Shown here in pieces: positions 40,596 through 49,955 of a stretch of 64,000 bases of DNA. A model generated the notes under the pieces. The model searched no databases. It was not told the origin of the DNA and saw only the letters and a program-made list of their open reading frames with translations. The stretch's first letter is position 1. Every line of letters starts with the position of its first letter. The DNA comes from Verrucomicrobiales bacterium (lineage in GTDB: Bacteria > Verrucomicrobiota > Verrucomicrobiia > Limisphaerales > UBA11320). The translations under genes were made by a program, and so were the position numbers. Location: contig JAEUHE010000079.1 in NCBI GenBank assembly GCA_016793885.1, positions 36,234-100,233 on the forward strand, written 5' to 3'.

Positions 40596-41585
40596 TCAGC
40601 CAGCGGAAAGCTGGCGAGCCGCCTTACGCTTGGCCAGGTAACGCTTCACCACTTCATCAGCAATCACTCCACCCAGGATCACTGTTCCAATAATCGCGAA
40701 TTCGATATTCTTCGGCAGGGCATCGACCAGGGTGATCATGGTTCGAAGCACTTGCATCAGGGCGGTTCCCAAAATCACGCCGATGATGGTCCCCTGCCCG
40801 CCTCGCAAACTGCATCCCCCCAACACGGCGGCGGCAATCGCATAGAGCTCATAAAAGTTGCCGAAGTCGGCCGGCTGTGCGGAATTAACATCGAGCACGA
40901 ACAGCAGCCCGCCGAGGCCCGAAAGGGTAGCGCAGATCACATACGCCAGAATGATCATCCGTTCCGTGCGAATGCCGCTGTACTTGGCGGCGTCCTCGTT
41001 GCGTCCCAACGCCAGCAAATATCGGCCGTAGATGGTCTGATTGAGCAGAATGGCGGCCAGGATGGCGACTACCAGGAGGATGATGCAGGGAAAAGGAATG
41101 GCGAAGTTATCCAAGCCGGGGATGGCGATTTTCTCGGTAGCCAGCCAGCGTAACCCTTTAAAGTCATTTCCAAACCCCATGGTTTGGTCCCGGGTGATCC
41201 CGCGGGCGATCCCGCGGTAGATGAGAAGCCCGCACAGCGTGACGACAAAGGGCTGGATTCGAAGACGGGTGATCAGCCACCCATGCACAAACCCGATCGC
41301 GACGGAGACTCCAATGGCGATGCCCAGGGCAGCCCCGAGCGGCACCTTGATTTCAGTCAACAGCCACGGCAGGCCCACTCCGACCAGGCAGACGACAGAC
41401 CCGATGGAGAGATCGATGCCGCTGGTGATGATCACAAACGCGACCCCGATGCTCAGGATCCCGAACAGCGCGGTTCGGCGAAACAGGTTCTCGATGTTGT
41501 AGGGGGTAAGAAATTGCGGGCTCATCAGGTGTGTGGCCACGCACACCACCAGCAGCAGTCCAAAAATACCCAATAGCTTCTTCAT
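40596..41585 (-). CDS. Sugar ABC transporter permease (RbsC/monosaccharide CUT2 family)
   Basis: 329-aa polytopic protein with conserved GIDLSIGS and the permease EAA-like region. Its start overlaps the ATPase stop by 4 nt. Confidence 0.88.
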   Translation of the reverse strand: MKKLLGIFGLLLVVCVATHLMSPQFLTPYNIENLFRRTALFGILSIGVAFVIITSGIDLSIGSVVCLVGVGLPWLLTEIKVPLGAALGIAIGVSVAIGFVHGWLITRLRIQPFVVTLCGLLIYRGIARGITRDQTMGFGNDFKGLRWLATEKIAIPGLDNFAIPFPCIILLVVAILAAILLNQTIYGRYLLALGRNEDAAKYSGIRTERMIILAYVICATLSGLGGLLFVLDVNSAQPADFGNFYELYAIAAAVLGGCSLRGGQGTIIGVILGTALMQVLRTMITLVDALPKNIEFAIIGTVILGGVIADEVVKRYLAKRKAARQLSAG

Positions 41586-43141
41586 GACAAATCTCCCACC
41601 TGACCCGTCGCCAACCTCATCACGGCCTCTTCACTGAGCTGATGCCGCCGCAGTTCACCCGCGATGCGCCCCTCGTGCATGACCAGAGTTCGATCCGATA
41701 GCCCCAGAACCTCCTCCATCTCGCTCGAGACGAAGAGAATCGCCACCCCCTGCTCCACCAACTCTTCCATGATCCGATAAATCTCCGCCTTGGCCCCGAC
41801 ATCGATGCCCCGCGTGGGCTCATCCAAAAGCAGCACTCTAGGCTCCAGCGCCAGCCACTTGCCCAGAACAACCTTTTGTTGGTTGCCTCCCGAGAGAAAA
41901 CGGACCTCCTGCCGGTCATTCGGTGTCTTGATCCTCAGCCGCTGAATCATGTCGACGGACAGCTGGACTTCGTAGGATTTCGGCAACCGTCCCCACCGCT
42001 GCTGCCGTCGCAGACTGGCCAGGCTGAGGTTTTCCCGCACCGCCATCTCGAGCACCAGCCCCTGCTGCTTACGATCCTCGGGCACCAAGGCCAAGCCGCC
42101 ATCGATGGCATCCAGCGGCGTCTTGATGCAGCGCGCCTGACCGGAGATGGAAATCTGACCGGAGACAGCCGGCGTGATTCCAAAAAGAGTCTGTAAAACC
42201 TCAGTCCGACCGGCTCCCACCAAACCTGCCAGGCCGACCATCTCTCCAGCGAACAACCGAAAGCTGATGGGCTGGTCCGGATGCGCCGGAGTTCGGAGTT
42301 CCTGCACGTCCAGCAATGGAGCCTGCCGCTCAGCCTGATGCGTAGACTTCGCCGCGGCGGCGGATTGGCCGCGGCGATAGAACTGTGAAACATCCCGCCC
42401 GACCATCAAGCGCACCAAATTGTCATGCGTGATCTCCCCGGCGGACAGTTCCCCGGCATTCTCGCCGTCACGGAGCACCACCACGCGATGCGACAACTCG
42501 CGCACTTCACCCAATCGATGGCTGATGTAGAGGATACTCACCCCGCGCGAGCTCAGATCACGAATCACGTTCTTGAGCTGCTCCGCTTCGTGCTGGCTTA
42601 AGCTGGAAGTCGGCTCATCCATGATCAGCAGCTGCGCATTGACCGAAAGGGCTTTGGCGATCTCTACCATCTGCTGGTGCCCGATGGTCAGGTCGCTGAC
42701 GAGGGTCCGGGGATCCACCTTCAGTCCGACCCGATCCAGGAAACCGACCGCTTCACGGCGGATTCGGGCATGGTCGATGAAGCCTCCGCGGAGAGGTTCC
42801 CGGCCGAGGAAAATATTGGCTCCGACCTCCAGGTTGTCGGCCAGGTTCAGCTCCTGATGAATCAGGGCGATGCCTAGCTCCAAGGCAGCTTCGACCGAGT
42901 CGATCACCACTCGACGTCCTTGCAGCACGAGTTCCCCTTCATCCGGCGGCTGAACTCCGGCCAGGATCTTCATCAGGGTGCTCTTGCCCGCACCGTTCTC
43001 CCCCACCACCGAAACCACCTCACCACGCCCAATGGAAAGACTCACGCCCCGAAGTGCCTTCACCCCGGGGAATTGCTTAACCATCCCTCGGGCTTCGAGG
43101 AACGGGGCTGCCGACTCAGTTGGAGAAGTAGGGGCGACCAT
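41582..43141 (-). CDS. Sugar ABC transporter ATP-binding protein with two ABC domains (RbsA/MglA-like)
   Basis: Two Walker A motifs (GENGAGKST and GLVGAGRTE), two signature motifs (LSIGHQQMVEIAK and LSGGNQQKVVL), and two Walker B motifs. The ATG at 43141 is the likely start; the track's 43201 start adds 20 residues. Confidence 0.9.
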   Translation of the reverse strand: MVAPTSPTESAAPFLEARGMVKQFPGVKALRGVSLSIGRGEVVSVVGENGAGKSTLMKILAGVQPPDEGELVLQGRRVVIDSVEAALELGIALIHQELNLADNLEVGANIFLGREPLRGGFIDHARIRREAVGFLDRVGLKVDPRTLVSDLTIGHQQMVEIAKALSVNAQLLIMDEPTSSLSQHEAEQLKNVIRDLSSRGVSILYISHRLGEVRELSHRVVVLRDGENAGELSAGEITHDNLVRLMVGRDVSQFYRRGQSAAAAKSTHQAERQAPLLDVQELRTPAHPDQPISFRLFAGEMVGLAGLVGAGRTEVLQTLFGITPAVSGQISISGQARCIKTPLDAIDGGLALVPEDRKQQGLVLEMAVRENLSLASLRRQQRWGRLPKSYEVQLSVDMIQRLRIKTPNDRQEVRFLSGGNQQKVVLGKWLALEPRVLLLDEPTRGIDVGAKAEIYRIMEELVEQGVAILFVSSEMEEVLGLSDRTLVMHEGRIAGELRRHQLSEEAVMRLATGQVGDLS

Positions 43142-43267
43142 GGATCCAGCAAAAATGGCAACCTTCGGGAAGTGCAACCCACCCAGGCCGGAGTTCGACA
43201 TGCAAGTCGAACCTTACGGACACCAGCGGACTCTGGGGCTGCACCGCCGAAAGAAATCCGGGCTGCG

Positions 43268-44311
43268 TTATTTCTTGGTCATCTCCTTCAGCTCCTTCCA
43301 AAACTCCGCCACGTTGTCCTTGCGGATGTGACGAGCCGGGATGTCGATGAACTTGCTCGCTGGAATCACAGCTTGGTTTCCCAGGGCCAGCTCCTTGAGG
43401 ATCTCAACGGAACGATAGCCATACAGGTAGGGGTTCTGAACCACAGTCCCATAGACGTTTCCCTTTTGAATTCCATCAAGGGTCTCATCGGCCTCATCGA
43501 AGGCGATCAGCTTGATCTTGCCGAGCTTGCCGGCTCGGTCGAGAGCTTCGATGAGCAAGGGAGGATTGTACCCAAACAGCCCGATCATTCCGTCGAGATC
43601 CGGGTAGCGCGCCATCGCGTCCTCGGCGTTCGCTTTGCCTTTGGCCCGATCGAATTGGTCCGTCAAGGTACCCAACACGGTGAACCCGTTGCCCTGGATG
43701 ACATCGCCGGGCGGATCGTAGCGTGTAGGATCCTCCGATCGACCCATGATTTCATCAATCACACCCTGGCGGCGGCGCTTGGCGTTGTCCTGCTCCAGCC
43801 GACCGATAAAGATCATGAGTTTACCGCCGTTGGGCAAAGCCTCCTTCACCAACTGGCCGCACATCCGCCCGGCTTTGTAGTTGTCCATGCCGATGTAGAG
43901 CAGCCGGTTGGAGTCAGGCGCGTCGGAGTCGTGCGTGATAACTTTGGTGTTGGCGGCGGCCTTGTTCAAGATCTCGGTCTGATTGACCGGGTCGATCGGG
44001 CTTACCGCAATCCCGTCCACCCCTCGGGTGATGAGATCCTCGATCGTGCGTTTCTGATCCTCGATTCCAGCGGGAAAGTGGACACTCGCTTCCACGTCCA
44101 GCTTCTGCGCCGCATGGTTGACCCCCGTTTCAGCGATGGTCCAGAACGCCGCCACGCCGTTGCTGATAAAGGCGACTCGCGGCTTCTTGCCGGGCTTCTT
44201 GCCGGCATCGGATTGTCCAGCAGACCCTGGAGGAGTGGACGGCTGACATGCGGTCAGCATCAGCAAAGCAATGCCGACAAGATTCCATAGATGACGTGGA
44301 CGGTGGCTCAT
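43268..44311 (-). CDS. Sugar ABC transporter periplasmic substrate-binding protein (RbsB-like, lipoprotein)
   Basis: Signal plus lipobox-like LLMLTAC, then a Peripla_BP-type sequence (RVAFISNGVAAFW, VDGIAVSPID). Confidence 0.88.
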   Translation of the reverse strand: MSHRPRHLWNLVGIALLMLTACQPSTPPGSAGQSDAGKKPGKKPRVAFISNGVAAFWTIAETGVNHAAQKLDVEASVHFPAGIEDQKRTIEDLITRGVDGIAVSPIDPVNQTEILNKAAANTKVITHDSDAPDSNRLLYIGMDNYKAGRMCGQLVKEALPNGGKLMIFIGRLEQDNAKRRRQGVIDEIMGRSEDPTRYDPPGDVIQGNGFTVLGTLTDQFDRAKGKANAEDAMARYPDLDGMIGLFGYNPPLLIEALDRAGKLGKIKLIAFDEADETLDGIQKGNVYGTVVQNPYLYGYRSVEILKELALGNQAVIPASKFIDIPARHIRKDNVAEFWKELKEMTKK

Positions 44312-45141
44312 AGGCGGAAAGTTAATATCGGAAATGGGGACCGGGTCAAGGCAAGCAACAACCGAGTTCAGGCCGAGACGGAACCGAGGATCTCAGGTTT
44401 CCGAAAAAAAATCTCGGAATTCTGTAATATTGGAGGCTCGCCAGCGTAGTACTTAAGAACAGGTGCGCGGTGTCCACCCGCAAATCGGGTCTTGGATCAG
44501 CAAGCCTGGGGCAAGAAACGGCACGATGCGGTTGATTTTCTGTCGCTTTTCGCATGCGACAGGCTGAGGAGATGGGGACCCGCCCGTGCGCACGGGCGGG
44601 TATGAGGCACAGGGGGTGTCAGTGGCTTCAGGGCTGCTGGCACCCTCCATCATTTCGGGGACAACCTCACGCTCACCTCATCGCGAGTAGCACCCTTCCC
44701 GAAGTGTCCACAATCCAGACAATCCCCCTCACAACCGGGCAAGAATTACCCCATTCGGGAGTCACCAACCCAGCGATTACGACTCGGTAGGATGCGGGTT
44801 AGATTAAGATTCACGTCGGCAGGCAACGAGACACTGCCGGGCACCGTCGTGAGTGCTGGTCTGAATCGTTAAGAAGTCGACATCGGTTCGAAGAAGAGAA
44901 CACGATTTTGCTAATTTTTAGCAAAACCCTGTTGCATCCCGACCGTGAAAAGACTATCTAAAGATTGGTTTGGGCAGCTGAACGTTTCTTCAGCGGGGTT
45001 CTCCACCCCCACCTCCTTGGCGTCGGTTGCCCATTCCATCTATTTCGTCAGCTTCATGAAAAACTTGAGAACCAGTTTTTCAATGAGACCATTGCCTCGC
45101 AGCCACTCATCCATTGTCCCTCTCTTGGCGCGGGCTTGGAG

Positions 45142-45915
45142 TCATCGTTTGCGGAAGACTATCAAGTGTTGAGACGGAAGATCCCGCAAGGTTTCAACCC
45201 ACTCGAGCGGATGCAACGCCATCTCGGCGCGCACTTGCGCCTCGGACATTTTGTGGACTTCCTTGATGGGAACGAGCGGATCTTCTTTACGAAACTCGAC
45301 GAACGCCAATCGTCCTCCGGTCTTAAGGGCACGACACATCGCCACCGTCATCTCATAGGGATGGGAGAATTCGTGATACACGTCCACCATGATGATGAAG
45401 TCCAGGGACGCGGGGGGCAGCTTAGGATCAAGGATCTCCCCCAATACCGGAATCACATTAGTGATCCCCGCCCGACTTAGCTTATTGGTCAGCAGCACCA
45501 GCATCTCCGGCTGAATATCCACCGCGAAGATGCGTCCACCTGGTGAAACAAGCCCAGCCATGCGCCGAGTGAGATAGCCCGTCCCCGCACCGATATCCGC
45601 CACCTGATCTCCAGGCTTGAGCTTAAGCAAGGGAAGCAGCCGACTCGTCTTTTCTTCGGCTTCTCGGCTCGGCCGCTCCAGCCAATCGGCCGCCTGATGC
45701 CCCATGACGTAGGCGATTTCGCGCCCCATGAAGAACTTGCCGATTCCATTCGGATCATGCTCCTCCCGATACGTATAAAGCGGCTGCGGAACGACCGCTG
45801 GAGGCGGGGTGGCCCCCTCCGCAGCCTCGGCCCACTGAATCTCCCCCCAGCACGCCACGACCAGCGCCCAACAGCGAATACCACTCCAAAACAGTTTTTT
45901 TTTCATGGGTTCCAT
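45142..45915 (-). CDS. Class I SAM-dependent methyltransferase with an N-terminal signal peptide
   Basis: SAM motif I VADIGAGTGYLT, motif II GGRIFAVDIQ, and post I/II motifs. Hydrophobic N-terminus MKKKLFWSGIRCWALVVA. Confidence 0.75.
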   Translation of the reverse strand: MEPMKKKLFWSGIRCWALVVACWGEIQWAEAAEGATPPPAVVPQPLYTYREEHDPNGIGKFFMGREIAYVMGHQAADWLERPSREAEEKTSRLLPLLKLKPGDQVADIGAGTGYLTRRMAGLVSPGGRIFAVDIQPEMLVLLTNKLSRAGITNVIPVLGEILDPKLPPASLDFIIMVDVYHEFSHPYEMTVAMCRALKTGGRLAFVEFRKEDPLVPIKEVHKMSEAQVRAEMALHPLEWVETLRDLPSQHLIVFRKR

Positions 45916-47000
45916 TCCTCCAATGCGGTTCTGACTTGTTCGAGTCCGGCCTTCACCGTCTCGCATGGGCCGCCAAGACCGATCCGAAAATGATCCGGAT
46001 GACCAAAAAATGTCCCCGGCACCACCGAAGTCTGGTAACGGTCACGCAAGAAACGACAGAACTCGGTGGCATCACCCGTCTTGAGCCGCGGAAAAACAAT
46101 GGTGCCATACCCCGGCGCGCAGACCTCCAAACGGGGATGCGGCTGAAGGATTGAACGAAAGGCCGCCTGGTTCACTTGAAGGTGCTCCAGAGTGCGTCGG
46201 CGCAAGTCTGGCATTCGACGAAACGCGATCACGCTCAGTCGTTCGGACAGGTGCGACGGGATGACGCCAAACAAGTCGTTCAACCGCCACATTTTCCGAG
46301 CCAGGGCGGGCTCGGCGAGCGCCCACCCACAGCGCAGCCCGTTGAGACCATAGACCTTGGTCAGGCTGTTGGTGGTGACGAACTCGGGACCCAGGTGAAA
46401 GGCCGATGGCGGCGGGGTTGGCCCCATCGCCTCCAGATAGACCTCATCCACGAGCACTCGCGCGCCCACCTGGCGCGCCAGCTCTCCGATTCGACGGAGA
46501 AGCGACTCAGGCATCCAGGCACTGGACGGATTGTGCAGCTGAGTGAGCACAATCAGCTTGGTGCGACTGGACATCACCGCGGCCAGGTCGTCGGGATCGG
46601 GAAGAAACCGGGTTTCTCGACCACGAGGAAAGCGTTTGATCCTTGCGCCCAGATAACCCGCCAGGGACAGGAGCAGTTCGTAGGTAGGATCCTCGACCAG
46701 CACTTCGTCGCCTGGCTCCACCAAGCTGGCCATGGCCAAGTGGTTAACCATCGAAGTCCCCTCCGCACAGACCACGTTTTCAGGAGCGACTCCGGAGTGC
46801 TGAGCCACCGCGCGGACCAGCGGCTCATAACCGTAGAAGCTCGGGCCATTGACCTCGAGATCCTCCAGGGTGCCCCCCAAGAAAGACAAAGGGCAGAACA
46901 TCATCCCGCTGGTCAGGAGGCCGAAGCGAGCCGGGGTCTGCGTCTTCACCCACTCCATGTAGGCGGAGGATCGAGTGCGCTCGGGGTTCGCAGGGTGCAT
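45903..47000 (-). CDS. Pyridoxal-phosphate-dependent aminotransferase (class I/II fold)
   Basis: PLP-Lys context TNSLTKVYGLNGLRCGW, the aspartate motif VLVDEVY, and an overall fold-type-I pattern. Confidence 0.85.
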   Translation of the reverse strand: MHPANPERTRSSAYMEWVKTQTPARFGLLTSGMMFCPLSFLGGTLEDLEVNGPSFYGYEPLVRAVAQHSGVAPENVVCAEGTSMVNHLAMASLVEPGDEVLVEDPTYELLLSLAGYLGARIKRFPRGRETRFLPDPDDLAAVMSSRTKLIVLTQLHNPSSAWMPESLLRRIGELARQVGARVLVDEVYLEAMGPTPPPSAFHLGPEFVTTNSLTKVYGLNGLRCGWALAEPALARKMWRLNDLFGVIPSHLSERLSVIAFRRMPDLRRRTLEHLQVNQAAFRSILQPHPRLEVCAPGYGTIVFPRLKTGDATEFCRFLRDRYQTSVVPGTFFGHPDHFRIGLGGPCETVKAGLEQVRTALEEWNP

Positions 47001-47131
47001 GTTGTGAGAGAGCCTAGCGGAGGCAGGACGTTTTCCCAGCCGTATGTTTTGGGAAGGCGGCCTGATTCTTTACTCTAAAAAATGGTTCGCGTTTCTCAGC
47101 GGACTGTTATGAACTCGCCTGAGTAAAGCCT

Positions 47132-48490
47132 ATGAAGATTCATGTGCCCGCTCTATCCAAGATTCTCGCTCTGACCTCGTTGCTAGCCTCGTCCGCCCTT
47201 GCGCCGCACGCGCGAGCCGCCGTGGCCACACCGCCGGCCGGTTTCACCAGCCTCTACAACGGCAAGGACCTCACCGGTTGGCGTGGAGGTGACACCTATG
47301 ACCACCGCAAGCTAACCAGCCTGCCCACCGCCGACCTCATCAAGCAGGTTTCCTCCTGGACCCGGTCCATGATGGCCGTGAATAAGGACACCGGCAAACC
47401 CCACTGGACCGCCCAGGGGGAGGAGTTGGTCAACGATGGTTTCGGAGCCTACGCGACGACCGAGAAGGACTACGGCGACTTCGAACTCCTGATCGACTAC
47501 AAGACCGTCCCCAAAGCGGACTCGGGCATCTACCTGCGCGGCGTGCCCCAGGTGCAGATCTGGGATTCCACGGAACCAGACCCGCAGCAAAAACTTGGTC
47601 GTGCAAAAGGATCGGGGGGTCTCTGGAACAACAGCCCAGGCGCTCCCGGCAAGGATCCCTTGGAACTGGCCGACAAGCCATTTGGCGAATGGAACACTTT
47701 CCGTATTCTCATGGTTGGATCCCGAGTGAGCATCTGGCTGAACTCCAAGAAAGTGGTCGATTTCGCAAACCTGGAGAACTATTACGACCGCAAGACGCCC
47801 ATCCCGGCCAAAGGCCCGATCCAACTCCAAACCCACGGCGGCGAGATTCGCTGGCGGAACATCTTCATCCGGGAGATTCCGGGCGCCGAGGCCAACCAGA
47901 TTCTGTCGAACCACGGCAACGCCGGCTTCGAATCCAAGTTCAACGGCAAGGACCTCACCGGTTGGGCCGGTCCGCTGAACAACTACGAAGTGGTGGATGG
48001 AACGATCGGCTGCAAACCCAAGCAAGGCGGCACGATCTATGTTAAAGAGGAGCTCACCGACTTCGTGGCTCGCGTGGAATTCAAGTTGCCTCCTGGCGGA
48101 AACAACGGCCTCGCGATCCGCTATCCCGGAGAGGGCGACACGGCCTATGTAGGCATGTGCGAACTCCAGGTGCTCGATGACGGTGCCGAGATGTACAAGA
48201 AGCTCGACGCGCGACAATACCACGGCTCCGCTTATGGCATGATCGCCGCCCATCGGGGTTACCAGCGCCCGGTAGGCGAGTGGAATTTCCAAGAGGTCAC
48301 GGTCAAAGGTTCGACTATCAAGGTGGAACTGAACGGCACGGTGATTCTCGACGGCGATCTGTCCCAAGTGAAGGATATCATGGCCAACTCCCCGCACCCC
48401 GGTAAGGACCGGACTTCAGGATACTTCGGCTTCGCCGGCCATGGGGACGCGGTGACCTTCCGGAACATCTCCTTAAAGTCGCTCAAGTAA
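47132..48490 (+). CDS. Secreted protein with two tandem DUF1080 (3-keto-disaccharide hydrolase-like) domains
   Basis: Signal peptide, then two units each with NGKDLTGW...W...G at the start and IRWRNIFI / VTFRNISL at the end. Confidence 0.8.
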   Translation: MKIHVPALSKILALTSLLASSALAPHARAAVATPPAGFTSLYNGKDLTGWRGGDTYDHRKLTSLPTADLIKQVSSWTRSMMAVNKDTGKPHWTAQGEELVNDGFGAYATTEKDYGDFELLIDYKTVPKADSGIYLRGVPQVQIWDSTEPDPQQKLGRAKGSGGLWNNSPGAPGKDPLELADKPFGEWNTFRILMVGSRVSIWLNSKKVVDFANLENYYDRKTPIPAKGPIQLQTHGGEIRWRNIFIREIPGAEANQILSNHGNAGFESKFNGKDLTGWAGPLNNYEVVDGTIGCKPKQGGTIYVKEELTDFVARVEFKLPPGGNNGLAIRYPGEGDTAYVGMCELQVLDDGAEMYKKLDARQYHGSAYGMIAAHRGYQRPVGEWNFQEVTVKGSTIKVELNGTVILDGDLSQVKDIMANSPHPGKDRTSGYFGFAGHGDAVTFRNISLKSLK

Positions 48491-48508
48491 GCTTCAAGAA
48501 ACCGATTC

Positions 48509-48566
48509 AAAAAACAACCCCTGGCGCGGCCTTCTGAGAAGCCAACTGCGCCAGGGGTTTTTGTTT
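48509..48566. terminator. Bidirectional rho-independent terminator between convergent genes
   Basis: A-run, then stem cccctggcgc ... gcgccagggg, then TTTTTGTTT. Confidence 0.7.
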
Positions 48567-48609
48567 CCGTCGTTAAGGTCGGCGAAAAGTGAGCGCGACC
48601 GCAGCCGCG

Positions 48610-49455
48610 TCAGAAACTGTAGGGCTGCATAAAGCAGGGATCGCACCGTTGCAGACACCCTTTGATGGATTGCAGCGCTTGGGCATGAATTTGACAGATG
48701 CGGGATTCGGTCAGCCCAAACGCCGCGGCGATCTCCGCCAGCCGCAGCTCTTCAAAATAATAGAGCGCCAACACTTTGCGCTGCATCTCGGGGAGCTGAT
48801 GAAGCTCCCGGGCGATCAACTCCGCTAACTCACGTCGGAAGGCCCCTTCGACCGGATCCTCCGCCCGAATGTCCGCCAAACTCTCGTATTGAGACAAGGA
48901 GTCGTCGGTCTCGGACTGCAGATCGGCATCCAGGTTAATGATCGTCGCCGGACGAATCTCCTCGGCCCAGCGCTGATACTCCTTCAAAGATAACTTCAGG
49001 CCTTTCGCCAACTCCTCTTCCGTGGCCGGACGACCCTTCTTTTGCTCAATGGTCTTCGCAACCGCCTGAACCTTCCTGGCTTTGGTATGGATCGATCGGG
49101 GGACCCAGTCCATCCGCCGCAATTCATCAAGAATGGATCCGCGTATACGCACTCGAGCGTAAGTCTCAAAACTCGTGCCCGCTCGCGGGTTGTAGGCTCG
49201 AATGGCGTTGAGCAACCCAGCCAAACCGGCGCTGTAGAGATCATCTCCATCCACGTGGGTAGGCAGGCCCAGGCTCAGGCGGGAAACAACGCTCCGAACC
49301 ATCCCTAGGTTCTCCTCCACCATCTGAGCTTCCTCAGGTGTTCCGGGTTTCGGCCAGGGCCCGGTAAACGGCGTGGCCGCCGCGGACTTCTTCCTTGATT
49401 TGGTTGTCCGCGAAGAGGGCTTTTCTTCGAGACAAATGACGGAATTTTTACTCAT
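48610..49455 (-). CDS. Sigma-70 family RNA polymerase sigma factor, FliA/WhiG-like (group 3)
   Basis: Region 2 YARVRIRGSILDELRRMDWVPRS and region 4 LALYYFEELRLAEIAAAFGLTESRICQIHAQAL. An unusual Cys-containing C-terminal tail (CLQRCDPCF). The ATG at 49455 is preferred over the longer 49578 start. Confidence 0.8.
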   Translation of the reverse strand: MSKNSVICLEEKPSSRTTKSRKKSAAATPFTGPWPKPGTPEEAQMVEENLGMVRSVVSRLSLGLPTHVDGDDLYSAGLAGLLNAIRAYNPRAGTSFETYARVRIRGSILDELRRMDWVPRSIHTKARKVQAVAKTIEQKKGRPATEEELAKGLKLSLKEYQRWAEEIRPATIINLDADLQSETDDSLSQYESLADIRAEDPVEGAFRRELAELIARELHQLPEMQRKVLALYYFEELRLAEIAAAFGLTESRICQIHAQALQSIKGCLQRCDPCFMQPYSF

Positions 49456-49955
49456 ACGACTTCCTGAATTCGCTTCCTTACAAACCGCAGGCACGAACGG
49501 TCGTCCATGACCGTGGGATCTCGTGGACGGCGACAATCGCCGTGGGTTCCTCTCACTGAAAGGGCGGGCTCGGGACAATCCGGGGGAGTCAGTTCGCGGG
49601 ACGGTTCCTCGCTTGGATCAGGCCGCTTTTCGTTCAGCGCAGTCGTCCTTAAGCAGGGTGTTTGCCATACTTGGGACACCCACCGAGACAGCTGCCTGAT
49701 TCTCGGTTCGAATCCCGGAACGGGACAATGTTGCGCCGGATCAGGACGATCCGTTCTCAACGCAGACCGAAATGAACCCCCGACGGCGCGGGGGCTGACG
49801 AAGCCAGCGAGGGCCGTCCCACAACAGGACGAAGTCCGGACACTCCTGGACAGTCCGGCAATTGGCTTCGTGTCCCGGCCTCAGACAGACACTCCCTAAA
49901 TCCAGACACAAACCCGATTGCCTTCCACACCAGGGATCCTCTACAAGATGCAGCT

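Noticed and set aside
42920-44290. 456-aa plus-strand ORF
   Set aside because: It is antisense to the sugar ABC ATPase and SBP genes. It is a shadow ORF.
47312-48397. 361-aa minus-strand ORF
   Set aside because: It is antisense to the tandem-DUF1080 gene. It is a shadow ORF.
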